Source: Gammaproteobacteria bacterium
Lineage (GTDB): Bacteria; Pseudomonadota; Gammaproteobacteria; UBA4575
Direction: 5' to 3'
NCBI GenBank assembly: GCA_965221955.1
Contig: CBDCTA010000018.1
Location: 32,001 to 96,000 of the forward strand
DNA length: 64,000 nt
Part shown: in pieces, positions 41,157-51,481 of the stretch
Layout of the letters: every line of letters begins with the position of its first letter
How positions within the stretch are numbered: the stretch's first letter is position 1
The notes under the pieces: generated by a model
What the model was told of the DNA's origin: nothing
The model's input: only the letters and a program-made list of their open reading frames with translations
Databases searched by the model: none
Translations under genes and position numbers: made by a program

Positions 41157-42344
41157 TTATGAATGTTCTATCTGATCTATCGCAGCATAAAGCTTGCTCA
41201 CTTTATGCATGTAGATTTCATCAGAATATTTTATTTCTGCAAGCTGTTGAGCTGCTCGTGCCTTTTCATCACCCAACGCTGGATTCTTAATTAACTCCGT
41301 CATACCTTGATTTAAACCCTCTTTATTTGGTGGCACTAATATAGCAACCTTTTTATTTAACACCTGAGTATGAGTAAGTATATTGGTAGCAACAATAGGT
41401 TTTCCTGAGCGCAAATATCCATAAATCTTTAAAGGCGTATTCGTCCCTGTACATCTTGGTGAAACAATAATATCTGCCGATTGAATATAAGATGGTATTT
41501 CTGATGGGTGCACAGTGCCAGTGAACAAAATTGATTGATCAATACCTAAGCTTATAGCTAACTTTGTATAATTTTGAATTTGTTCATCACGACCGCCAAC
41601 TAAAATCAAAAAGGCGTGAGGATTCTTATCTAAGGTGCCATTGAATGCATTAAATAATATATCGATACCTTGATAAGCTTCAAATGTACCTGTATACAAA
41701 ATAATTTTTCTATCTTGTAAAGAGTAAAGCTCTCTTATATTTTTAACATTATTTGAAAAAACTTTACTATCATCAGCAGTATTTTCTATCAGCTCATGCG
41801 GTGTATTTAAATTAAAACTCTCGACTAAATTAGCCAGCTCAGGACATATAGTAATCACTGCGTCACAACTATTAAGTACTTTGCTTTCAAAATATTCAAA
41901 GAATTTTTTTAAAAAAATGAAATTGAATGCACCAAAGTTTTCCAACTGCTGTGGAAGACTACTATGCATATCATAAACATGCAGCATGTTATATTTTTTT
42001 GCAAAATACATAGCAAAGAATGCAGCTTCTTCATGAGAATGAATCACATCATATTTGTTTTTTTTGAGTAACTTTCTAGCAGTAAAATATAGACTAATAT
42101 CTAAAAATATTTTTTTCACAGATGGGCCTATTTTTACATCATTGATGATTCCGTAATTACTAGATCTTATAATTTTTAGGCCATCAAATTCGATATCCTC
42201 ACCAAATGGGTAAGTTACCATATCTACTTTAAATCCCATTTCACATAATGCTCGCACACGATGTAATACGCTGAAAGGAGTTCCACGCGCCCTGAAGTAA
42301 GGCTGTGGAGTTAGCATTAGGACTCGATTATTATTAGCAGGCAT
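41157..42344 (-). CDS. GT4 glycosyltransferase
   Basis: PQPYF..RGTP, YDMHSSL, YTGTF..YQG, TNTPLKIYGY, GKPIVAT. Confidence 0.9.
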   Translation of the reverse strand: MPANNNRVLMLTPQPYFRARGTPFSVLHRVRALCEMGFKVDMVTYPFGEDIEFDGLKIIRSSNYGIINDVKIGPSVKKIFLDISLYFTARKLLKKNKYDVIHSHEEAAFFAMYFAKKYNMLHVYDMHSSLPQQLENFGAFNFIFLKKFFEYFESKVLNSCDAVITICPELANLVESFNLNTPHELIENTADDSKVFSNNVKNIRELYSLQDRKIILYTGTFEAYQGIDILFNAFNGTLDKNPHAFLILVGGRDEQIQNYTKLAISLGIDQSILFTGTVHPSEIPSYIQSADIIVSPRCTGTNTPLKIYGYLRSGKPIVATNILTHTQVLNKKVAILVPPNKEGLNQGMTELIKNPALGDEKARAAQQLAEIKYSDEIYMHKVSKLYAAIDQIEHS

Positions 42345-42654
42345 GGAAAAATATTTTGTATCCGACTCAAAAAAATAGTGGTACCAGATAAATTGAAATA
42401 CGATAAACAGTGGTTAGCATAATATGCAAAGCTGATCGCTTTTACGGAACTGGACTACACGACTCGCAGACCCACTCAATATATAAAGTAGTAAATTTAC
42501 CTTTATATGACAAATTATACAGTGACCATCATCAACATTCTCGCTATGCTTAACCTCTAATCAAGCAGCAAAATGTAAGAACAAAAACAATCACTTAATT
42601 CGACTAAATATCAGCCTCGCCCAAACTAGAACATTTCTCTTCGATAGCCTAATA

Positions 42655-43881
42655 ATGCCTTATTCACCTTTAGATAACTTTGAAGTTCGTGATCATAACC
42701 TTCTTATATCAGGCCTAAACATACGAGATTTAATAAAAAGAAATGTTCAAATTCCGGGTTTTATTTATTCTAAAAATATTATCGACAATAAGATTAAGTT
42801 GCTCAGAGACACTCTTCCATCTTCAATTAAAATTCATTATTCAGTTAAAGCCAACCCATTTGCAGATCTAATTTCGCACGTTAAACATCGTGTTGATGGC
42901 TTGGAGGTATCATCATTGGAAGAGATGCAGACCGCACTTGCAACTGGAATTGACAGTAAAGATATTTGTTTAACTGGCCCTGGGAAGAGTTATGAAGAGT
43001 TAGAAATTGCTATAAAAAACAATATCATCATCAGCGCTGAATCTAGTCTTGAATTATACAGACTAGACGAAATAGGCATGGAAAGAATGCTTAAACCTTC
43101 TGTTTTGATACGGATAAATCCTGATTTCACTCAAAAACGTGCAGGAATGAAAATGGCAAGTGGATCAAGTCAATTTGGAATTGACGCCGAAAAAATCCCA
43201 GAACTTTTAAAATGGATTAATGGATCTTGCATTAACCTACACGGCTTTCATGTTTATAGTGGATCTCAAATCCTTGATGCTGAAGCTATTAATTATTCAC
43301 AAAGGAAAACTTTTGAACTCGCATTAAATCTAGCTACATTGTGCAAAGAACCTATTAAAACTATCAATTTAGGCGGCGGGTTTGGCATTCCGTATTTTTC
43401 AAAACACACTTCTTTAGATATAAAATCTGTGGCAAGAAATATTGAATCCTTAATTCCCACGCTCAACACTGAAAACTTCAGGCAGCCAATCAATCTAATT
43501 ATAGAATTAGGGCGATTTATTGTGGGCGAGTCAGGTGTATATATATGCAAAGTAATTGATAAAAAAGAATCCAGAGGGAAAACTTATTTAGTAACGAATG
43601 GCGGTATGCATCACCAATTGGCAGCCTCGGGCAACCTAGGGCAAAAAAATAGAAAGAATTTTCCTATATATATTGCAAATAAAATTGACTCAAATGTGAG
43701 GGAAACAGTGAATGTAGTTGGAAAATTATGTACACCATTAGATATTCTTGGAGAAAATGTAGAATTGAGCCAAGCTGAAGTTGGGGACTATGTCGCAATC
43801 ATGCAATCTGGAGCATATGGTTATTCGGCAAGCCCAATAAATTTTTTAAGCCAACCGAAAGCATCTGAAATACTTGTCTAA
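42655..43881 (+). CDS. Fold-type III PLP-dependent decarboxylase (LysA-like; resembles the exosortase-system-associated family)
   Basis: HYSVKAN (PLP lysine), GPGK, RINPDF, SQFGID, H.YSGSQ, GGGFGIPYF, ELGRF, GGMHHQLAASGNLGQ, CTPLD, GAYGYSASP. Confidence 0.88.
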   Translation: MPYSPLDNFEVRDHNLLISGLNIRDLIKRNVQIPGFIYSKNIIDNKIKLLRDTLPSSIKIHYSVKANPFADLISHVKHRVDGLEVSSLEEMQTALATGIDSKDICLTGPGKSYEELEIAIKNNIIISAESSLELYRLDEIGMERMLKPSVLIRINPDFTQKRAGMKMASGSSQFGIDAEKIPELLKWINGSCINLHGFHVYSGSQILDAEAINYSQRKTFELALNLATLCKEPIKTINLGGGFGIPYFSKHTSLDIKSVARNIESLIPTLNTENFRQPINLIIELGRFIVGESGVYICKVIDKKESRGKTYLVTNGGMHHQLAASGNLGQKNRKNFPIYIANKIDSNVRETVNVVGKLCTPLDILGENVELSQAEVGDYVAIMQSGAYGYSASPINFLSQPKASEILV

Positions 43882-43908
43882 AAAGATGAAAGCAATTACT
43901 TTTTATAC

Positions 43909-45885
43909 TTATAAATTTACTTGGACACCTTTAGGTATTTTATAAATATGGATAGCATCCTCGATCGAATTAAACTGATGATATTCTACTAGCATATCAT
44001 CAATTTTTTTGTATATAGGCGGAAGCGTTATTTTTTTACCAGGACCATAAATTACAACCCATCTCTCAAAATTTGAATCTGCAATCTTTGTTTTAAATGA
44101 ATCTTCTGTATAGAGCAAATCATACCCGCTCCAGATATCTCGCTTCCCGCCACATGCTGAACGACTTGTAAATGAATCGTGCGTGAGCGGCAAGTAAAAG
44201 TAAGCTCCTTGATGGTCTTTTATGTAGTAATCGATAACTGGAACAGCAGTAACTAATATACTGTTGGCCTGTCTACGCGAATTAATATATTCAGCAGCTG
44301 ATTGGAAATCTATGCGAGGGTAATAATGACGTGTACGAGGCCCATCGTAATCAAGTCGAAAATTAACCCTTTCTGAATCAATTTCTATTGCGTCTTTCGC
44401 AGAAAAATCATCAGAAATTAAAAAGAATAAACTTACGAGTATGATAAGGCTTGCGTTTTTTGACCACATCGAAAAACCAGCAGGTACCATACGAACGATT
44501 ACAATGGCACATACCGACAAAATAAGTGGGTATAGGTAATACGTATACCTTGAATCTACGTAAAATGTAGACATCATTGCAGTAATCATTACTAAAATTA
44601 ATATTATCCCTAGCAACCTATTAAACTTAACATCATTATCTCTCTTTGCATTGAATACTAATAAAAACGCTAATACAGCAGCAATGGATGCGAGAATTGT
44701 TTGATACGGCATGGCCGAATACCATGGTTTAAATATTCGAAAATAAACATCTGGATAACTAAACATTGAATTAATAACTTCTTTTATAGCCTGCACCAAT
44801 CCAGAGTTGCTTGACTGTATAAAAATATAAAAACCTAAGCCGACAAACCAAAAAATAATTGCCAAGCAATAAATAATAAAAGCACGACTATTTTCTTTAA
44901 ACCAAGCGAACATTGTGTTTTTACTTAACAGGTAAACCGCAACTAAACTTCCTAGGAAAAGAGCAAGCTGATTTGAGATAACAGCAATAATCGCGATTAT
45001 TAACCCAATCGTTGCTACTGGCTCCGCACCTTTAACTCTGTAAATTGAATATGCGATTAAACCTATTCCCCATACCCCAAGCACTAACGCTAATATTGGA
45101 AATAGAATAAAGTCCTCTGATAGAGCCAATATTCGCTCGGGGAAAAGCACAGGAAAGGTTGTCCCATTGGCTGCAGTACTTACGATATATTCAGGAGGTA
45201 AAAATTGACCAACACCTAAACGCCGAAACGGAATAATATGGGTTACAGTTATTAGTACTGCGATACCCAACCACGCAATGTAGTCATATATTTTAATAGA
45301 TTTTTTATTCAGAATTGGATTGAGTACCGCAAGTCCAAAACAAAATATTGCACCCGCATAAACAAACACAGACAAAAAAGCCAAGCCATAACACAACCAA
45401 GTATTAACTAATTCGCTTGGTTTATTTGCTTGAAGTACTAACCAAACCTGCCAAATTACAATAGTTTGAAATAAAGCATACATTCTCCCAAATCGTGAAA
45501 ACTCAATCTCCCATAACGAGAAGGCCAAAAAGAATATCCCAATTACTGCTGCAGACCATCCTCCGATTTTTCGACAAATCAAAAATATAGCTGGAAATGC
45601 CGCAATATTAGCAATAAGTGGAATTATTCGAATAGCAAGTTCAGGATCATTCAAATAAAGTCGAAGTGGTACTGTAAGATATTGTTGAAAAATCCCGCGA
45701 ATATAATAACCACCACATTCAAAGCGAGGTAAGTTTGTCCGAATAATATTTTCAATCGATGAAATAAAATAGTACTCATCAACAGCAACTGGCCATTTAC
45801 CTAGGCCTTTTAACCTTATAATTATCCCCAGTATTGAAATAACTACAGCGAGTAATATATATGGGTTTTTTGTGTTTGTTTTCAT
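43909..45885 (-). CDS. GT-C fold membrane glycosyltransferase
   Basis: IRL...AVDEYY first-loop DE motif, SRFGRMY, many TMs, RYTYYLYP and a periplasmic C-terminal domain. Confidence 0.75.
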   Translation of the reverse strand: MKTNTKNPYILLAVVISILGIIIRLKGLGKWPVAVDEYYFISSIENIIRTNLPRFECGGYYIRGIFQQYLTVPLRLYLNDPELAIRIIPLIANIAAFPAIFLICRKIGGWSAAVIGIFFLAFSLWEIEFSRFGRMYALFQTIVIWQVWLVLQANKPSELVNTWLCYGLAFLSVFVYAGAIFCFGLAVLNPILNKKSIKIYDYIAWLGIAVLITVTHIIPFRRLGVGQFLPPEYIVSTAANGTTFPVLFPERILALSEDFILFPILALVLGVWGIGLIAYSIYRVKGAEPVATIGLIIAIIAVISNQLALFLGSLVAVYLLSKNTMFAWFKENSRAFIIYCLAIIFWFVGLGFYIFIQSSNSGLVQAIKEVINSMFSYPDVYFRIFKPWYSAMPYQTILASIAAVLAFLLVFNAKRDNDVKFNRLLGIILILVMITAMMSTFYVDSRYTYYLYPLILSVCAIVIVRMVPAGFSMWSKNASLIILVSLFFLISDDFSAKDAIEIDSERVNFRLDYDGPRTRHYYPRIDFQSAAEYINSRRQANSILVTAVPVIDYYIKDHQGAYFYLPLTHDSFTSRSACGGKRDIWSGYDLLYTEDSFKTKIADSNFERWVVIYGPGKKITLPPIYKKIDDMLVEYHQFNSIEDAIHIYKIPKGVQVNL

Positions 45886-46064
45886 TATATGGTTCTAAAA
45901 ACTGTGATATTGCTCTCGCTTTTCTTACATCAAGCAATGATGAATAAGCTTATTCAAGTAAAATACATACAAGAAGTATTGCTAATGCTTTATACTCAAT
46001 ATGTCGTTAAATTTTAATTAAAAACTATTTTTCGGAACAAACTAATAGCCAAGAATATTAACTA

Positions 46065-46874
46065 ATGACAGTACCTGTTTCAGTAATAATTCCATACTAT
46101 AATGCTGAAAAATATTTTGACGAAGCTCTCACCTCAGTAAAAAACCAGACTGTTCCTCCAGCACAGATTATTGTAATCGATGATGGTTCAAACAAAAAAT
46201 CACAAGAATTTTTAGATTCTTACTCCGCCGAGTTTGACTTAATTCGATTAAAAACGAACAAAGGCCCAGGCTTTACTAGAAATGCTGGCATTGCCAAAGC
46301 AACTCAACCTTATATTGCATTTATGGATAGTGACGATATATGGGTTCTTGATAAACTAGAAGCGCAATACAAATACATGGAAAATCATCCTGTGGCAGAT
46401 GTATCTCACACAGGCTCTATTATCTTTGACGAACATGGGAATGAAAAAACTGCATCAGAACGCCCTCAGATTCTCTCAATCGAAAAAGCACTTGAATTTC
46501 ATGAAATGATGACGCCTAGCATAATGATCAAACGCGAAGTCATCGAATCCATCAATGGCTTCAACCCTAGAATAAAATGTGCTCAAGATTGGGAACTCCA
46601 AGTTCGACTCGCTCTGTCAGGTTTCCAGATACACTATCTACCACAAATCCTATTGCGTGTGAGACGCCAAAATCACGGTAATCACTCATCTAAGTGGCAT
46701 CGCTTCTTAATTGGTCATTTGAAAATATTACTCATCCACAGACGCGAATATATCAAGCATTTTGGCCTCAAGGGCTGGATTAGCCTCATCTCCCGTGAAA
46801 TGGCACGAGCAGGTTATCGACAGAAAGGATTAATAGGTCACACATTAAAAATACCTAGCAAGTTAGGCTTATAG
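46065..46874 (+). CDS. GT2 glycosyltransferase
   Basis: SVIIPYYN, IDDGS, RNAG, AFMDSDD, QDWE. Confidence 0.93.
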   Translation: MTVPVSVIIPYYNAEKYFDEALTSVKNQTVPPAQIIVIDDGSNKKSQEFLDSYSAEFDLIRLKTNKGPGFTRNAGIAKATQPYIAFMDSDDIWVLDKLEAQYKYMENHPVADVSHTGSIIFDEHGNEKTASERPQILSIEKALEFHEMMTPSIMIKREVIESINGFNPRIKCAQDWELQVRLALSGFQIHYLPQILLRVRRQNHGNHSSKWHRFLIGHLKILLIHRREYIKHFGLKGWISLISREMARAGYRQKGLIGHTLKIPSKLGL

Positions 46875-46903
46875 GCTATTATCTTGAAATCTGCTTGAAA
46901 TAA

Positions 46904-47593
46904 ATGCGCAAGTATCTCATCTCATTATTTCGGCTTTTAGGGCTGAATATCCAACACTGGCACCAGCCATTTGATGACATCCCTAAATTAGTTGATACCT
47001 CCACCATATTACATGCTATTGATGGTGGTTGTTACAAAGGCAGAATGGCAAATAAGATGTTGTCAACATTTCCTAATGCTGTTGTTCACTGCTTTGAACC
47101 ACAAACAGATCTCAATGCAGATTTACATCATACTTTTGCTAATGAGAAAAGAATTAAAATTTATGATACTGCACTTTCAGATCATAGCGGGGAAACTGAA
47201 TTCCATATCAACCAAGAAAAATATACTTCTTCCGTTCTTAAGCCAACATGCAATGATATAAATTCACTAAATAGCACAACCGTAAGACTAGAAACTTTAG
47301 ATAATATTGTCGAACAAAATAATATACCCCAAATTGACTTTATAAAGCTTGACTTGCAAGGATATGAACTTCAAGCATTAAAAGGTGCAAAGAACACTTT
47401 TAAAAGTGCAAAACTCATATATGTAGAGTTTAATTTTCAAGAACGTTATGAAGGCTGTAGTATGTTCTATGACATTAGCAAATACTTATATGAGGCAGGA
47501 TTTATACTCTACCGCTTATATGAAGTATACGGTTATGATAATGGCGCCTGGAAACTTGCTGACGCACTATTTATAAATAAAAATCTTATTTAA
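46904..47593 (+). CDS. FkbM-family methyltransferase
   Basis: IDGGCYKG, FEP, ALSD, TLD, IKLDLQGYEL..LKG. Confidence 0.92.
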   Translation: MRKYLISLFRLLGLNIQHWHQPFDDIPKLVDTSTILHAIDGGCYKGRMANKMLSTFPNAVVHCFEPQTDLNADLHHTFANEKRIKIYDTALSDHSGETEFHINQEKYTSSVLKPTCNDINSLNSTTVRLETLDNIVEQNNIPQIDFIKLDLQGYELQALKGAKNTFKSAKLIYVEFNFQERYEGCSMFYDISKYLYEAGFILYRLYEVYGYDNGAWKLADALFINKNLI

Positions 47594-47629
47594 TCTAATT
47601 CCTCTCAAAATTTAACATAAACTAATATT

Positions 47630-48745
47630 GTGAAAATTCGAGATATTAGAATCCAATCAGCTAACAATATATCTCGCCTCTCTGCTCAAATAGAAGATAC
47701 AGAAGTCTGGTTCGAATGTAAGTCTGGCCATAACTTACATGAAAACGCTGATGTTTTTATTATTGCAGCTTTATTACCTGCAATGCAGAAAAGCCAAGAC
47801 ATTTACCTTGACTCCAATCTACATGTTTCACCCCAACTCTTATCTAACTTAGATCACATTCAAGAAATATTTGCGCTGTGGTACTCACAACTTAACAAAG
47901 TTCAAATACACGCAAAATCATACGAAAAAAACGTACCAAATCAAGCTGGTGTTGGCAGCTTCTTTTCAGGTGGAGCAGATGGAAGCTATACTTTTCTTGC
48001 GCATGAAAATGAAATTACGCATTTGATATTTGTTGAAGGGGTCGATATCCAATTGGATAACGAAAACCTTTTAGAAAAAGTTATACATACAAATAGCAAT
48101 TATGTAAAACAAAAAAACAAAGAATTTGTGAGGATTCGATCAAACATACGAAAATATATTACTGATTTTGGAATTAGCTGGGTTATTGGAAATGGTGCTG
48201 GCTTATCCTGCATCGCTCATGCACTTGCATTTAATAAAATTTATTTTGCAGGAAGCCATAGCGCTTTAGGACTATTCCCTTGGGGCTCACATCCTCTTAT
48301 CGATCCTTTGTTCAGCAATGAACACATAGAAATAATACATGACGGCTTAGCGGTAAAACGTACTGAAAAAATAAAAAAAATATCTGAAGATAAAGATACG
48401 TTAAATATTTTGAGAGTCTGCTGGCAGGATTCTGGTTATAACTGTGGGAAATGCGAAAAGTGCTTGCGCACGATGTTAACCCTACGCTTGTTAGACATTA
48501 AAACTGAAACATTTCCTGAAGTTGATATTATACAATCACTAAAATCAATTCATATATATACTGATGCTCAAGAATTATTTTTACAAGAAAATTTAGAGCT
48601 CGCATTAAATAAAAATGATAAACAAGCTATTAAAGTTCTAAAAATGATAGAAAATAAAAATAAGACTAAAAAAGCACTAAAAATCCTTGACGAAACATTA
48701 CTTAAAGGCATATTAGGCAAGTTAAAAACTATTTTTATTAAATAA
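47630..48745 (+). CDS. Uncharacterised PP-loop (adenine-nucleotide alpha-hydrolase, QueC-like) protein
   Basis: FFSGGADG PP-loop-like motif, PWGSHP..DP, R.EK and VCW...NCGKCEKC.RT cysteine cluster. Confidence 0.65.
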   Translation: MKIRDIRIQSANNISRLSAQIEDTEVWFECKSGHNLHENADVFIIAALLPAMQKSQDIYLDSNLHVSPQLLSNLDHIQEIFALWYSQLNKVQIHAKSYEKNVPNQAGVGSFFSGGADGSYTFLAHENEITHLIFVEGVDIQLDNENLLEKVIHTNSNYVKQKNKEFVRIRSNIRKYITDFGISWVIGNGAGLSCIAHALAFNKIYFAGSHSALGLFPWGSHPLIDPLFSNEHIEIIHDGLAVKRTEKIKKISEDKDTLNILRVCWQDSGYNCGKCEKCLRTMLTLRLLDIKTETFPEVDIIQSLKSIHIYTDAQELFLQENLELALNKNDKQAIKVLKMIENKNKTKKALKILDETLLKGILGKLKTIFIK

Positions 48746-48748
48746 TAT

Positions 48749-49732
48749 TTAAATTATATCAGCTATCCATTTTACATTTTTTGGCTTAGGTAAGTTACTT
48801 TGTATTCCTGGCTTTAGCACAAGCCAACTATAAAATGCACAAATTGTATTAATATCCATGTTTTTATACTTTGAAAGTAAATTAATTTTATTTTGTTGAA
48901 TTTTATTTTTAGCTTTTTCGTCAATAGCATCAGCCCATAACCTAATCGTCCAAAAATTATTTATTGCCAACTCGGCATGCTCAATTGTTCTTAGCCTATT
49001 ATGATAAGACAAGCCACTACCGCCTAATATCTTCCATAAAAAATTGGGTATGGAAAGAAAGCTAATTGTTGAACCTGATAAATTTGCAAAGTGATCTGCA
49101 GGATTAAATCTATGAACTGCTAAACATTTATCTGTGGAAATTTTTGATAAATGATTATGTATTTTTGAAAGAATTTTCTCAGGAATATGCTCTAGCACAT
49201 TCGAACTTAAAATAAGATCAGGTTTTTCGTTATTATTTGGATTGTAGTTACATACATCATAATTTGATAAATATTCTATATTTAGCTGCTTTAAATAGAT
49301 TTGTATATCATCGTTTTCATTTAACTTATCTTTTAACGAATATAATTTTTTCTCTATCGTATTGTCCCATTCTCCAAGGTTTTTGATTATTTTTTTCTTA
49401 TTCTTAATGATACTCTCTAATGACAGCTTAAATGTTTTTACAGTTAACCATGGATTTAGATCTACTGTGACGACTTTATTGGCTCCATATAGACATGCAA
49501 CAATTGGCACAAATGGATACCAGCCAGTACCGATCTCAAGGATATTCGCATTTTTTAAGCTATCTCTATATTTAAGGGAAAGAGAATATAACTCAATAAC
49601 CCTTGATAACATTTCATCTTCGTCCAATCCTCCGCTCCCCGTTAGGGTCTGAACATAGCTATGTATTTTATGCCTAAATGGCAGAATACCGAGCATAGCA
49701 CTAAGAAAATACTTCAAATACCATTTAAGCAT
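48749..49732 (-). CDS. Class I SAM-dependent methyltransferase
   Basis: ILEIGTGW, TVDL, DLILSSNVLEHIP, NRLR. Confidence 0.8.
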   Translation of the reverse strand: MLKWYLKYFLSAMLGILPFRHKIHSYVQTLTGSGGLDEDEMLSRVIELYSLSLKYRDSLKNANILEIGTGWYPFVPIVACLYGANKVVTVDLNPWLTVKTFKLSLESIIKNKKKIIKNLGEWDNTIEKKLYSLKDKLNENDDIQIYLKQLNIEYLSNYDVCNYNPNNNEKPDLILSSNVLEHIPEKILSKIHNHLSKISTDKCLAVHRFNPADHFANLSGSTISFLSIPNFLWKILGGSGLSYHNRLRTIEHAELAINNFWTIRLWADAIDEKAKNKIQQNKINLLSKYKNMDINTICAFYSWLVLKPGIQSNLPKPKNVKWIADII

Positions 49733-49920
49733 TATTAGTTAAATCCACTAATTTCCTTAATTTAATTAGAACTATTTTATGATCAACTTATCATTATCTA
49801 GCATTAAACAAATTAATGCTTGTGTTTATTTCTAAATTAATTCATAAAGACTTGATAATTTTCAATCAATTTTCTTATTTAAGCATTAATATAGTCTACA
49901 ACAATATAATATATTTTATT

Positions 49921-51462
49921 ATGAGATTAAAAAAGTTTACTTTACTTACATCTTTACATTTTATTTTTTTTTGCACTACATTTTCTTTAGCAAATTCAAA
50001 TGACGCTCATATCAATTTCAAAAATGTTACTCATAAAGTAATCATAGGCGATTTATGCAAAGCTGATAATCCTTTTGATGTAGACTTTATGGATGCCAAT
50101 AACGATGGATACTTTGATTTATTTTCATTCAGCCACTATGGTGTAAAACACTGCTTGTATTTACAAAAACAAGATGACTCTCATACATTCGTTTATGTAG
50201 ATGGGAATCAAACAAATTATAACCAGACCTCAGTTCCTCCTCGTGGCTCATCACGAGCAACCTTCTTAGATTTGAATGGAGATAAAAAAGAAGATTTTAC
50301 TAGCTTAGAGGCTGACATTAAAAGTGCCGTATGGTTTAACAATACAGAAAAAGAGAATTTTATACCAAAATATAAAACAAAAAAATCTTGGTGCGCATCT
50401 CGAGACCATTGCAATATTGGCGAAATCAATGGAGATGGATTTATTGATGTTATACACAATGATGGTCTCGCAGTGTCTTACTTAAAAGGACGGAAAATTG
50501 CAAATCTTAAATCTAAAGGCAGCTGGGAAGCTATTGATATAAATTCAGATACTTGGCCAGATTTAGTTGACGCGTCCAATGGCGGGTTCTGGAAGAATGA
50601 TAATGGAAAATTTAACTGGATAGAAATTCAATCATTAAGTGTATGTAAAGGTGGCAAACATCAAGATTTTGCAGATTTTGATAATGATGGTTACATAGAC
50701 CTTATATGTGCTAACGGTAAATCAAAAACTAATAATAATGGTGGAAGTAGATTTTTGCTTAAAAATTTAGATGGTAAAAATTTTAAAAATGTGACAAAAA
50801 ATTCTGGAATTGAATATATTGGATGGAAAGCTTACTGGAGTAATTACTCAAATACTTATGCTGCTGATTTTAACAATGATGGCTTAATTGATATTGTATT
50901 TGCTGGAAGTTCATACAAAAAAGGGAAAGGATTAGAGTTCCTTATAAATAAAGGAAATTTTAAATTTACTTCTCCAAATATTTATATAAATGATCACTGT
51001 AATGCACCTGATATGGGCAGCTATGGATGTAAACCAAGAGTAGATGTAGCTGATTTTGACAACGATGGCTTGCTTGATCTTGCCAAAATGTATTCAGGTT
51101 TTGAAAAGTCCAGCGTTGAAATATATAAAAACACTACAACAAATGATTTCAACTGGCTAAAAATTAGGGTTAGAGGTAAAAATCATAATACTGATGGACT
51201 ACACACACAGATAAATATTTATGAAAATGAAACAAATAAATTAATAACTAACTATCAAGTTTCTAATCATTTTGATGGGCGAATGAAATATCTTCATGCT
51301 GGCTTGAATAAATATTCGAAAGTAAATGTTGAAGTAATATGGCCACATGATGATGGCACAGAAATATTCAAAAACATATCAAGCAATCAAGAATTAATTA
51401 TTTATTACTCAATGACAGGAAGCAAAATTGTTAAAAACTGGAAACCAGGAAATGGTTGGTGA
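49921..51462 (+). CDS. Secreted FG-GAP/VCBS-repeat protein with a C-terminal ASPIC/UnbV-like domain
   Basis: Signal peptide from the ATG at 49921, seven DxNxDG-type repeats (DANNDGYFD, DLNGDKKED, DFDNDGYID, DFNNDGLID...) and NWLKIRVRG...LHAGL...VEVIWP. Confidence 0.85.
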   Translation: MRLKKFTLLTSLHFIFFCTTFSLANSNDAHINFKNVTHKVIIGDLCKADNPFDVDFMDANNDGYFDLFSFSHYGVKHCLYLQKQDDSHTFVYVDGNQTNYNQTSVPPRGSSRATFLDLNGDKKEDFTSLEADIKSAVWFNNTEKENFIPKYKTKKSWCASRDHCNIGEINGDGFIDVIHNDGLAVSYLKGRKIANLKSKGSWEAIDINSDTWPDLVDASNGGFWKNDNGKFNWIEIQSLSVCKGGKHQDFADFDNDGYIDLICANGKSKTNNNGGSRFLLKNLDGKNFKNVTKNSGIEYIGWKAYWSNYSNTYAADFNNDGLIDIVFAGSSYKKGKGLEFLINKGNFKFTSPNIYINDHCNAPDMGSYGCKPRVDVADFDNDGLLDLAKMYSGFEKSSVEIYKNTTTNDFNWLKIRVRGKNHNTDGLHTQINIYENETNKLITNYQVSNHFDGRMKYLHAGLNKYSKVNVEVIWPHDDGTEIFKNISSNQELIIYYSMTGSKIVKNWKPGNGW

Positions 51463-51481
51463 CCAAATTATATATAAAAGT

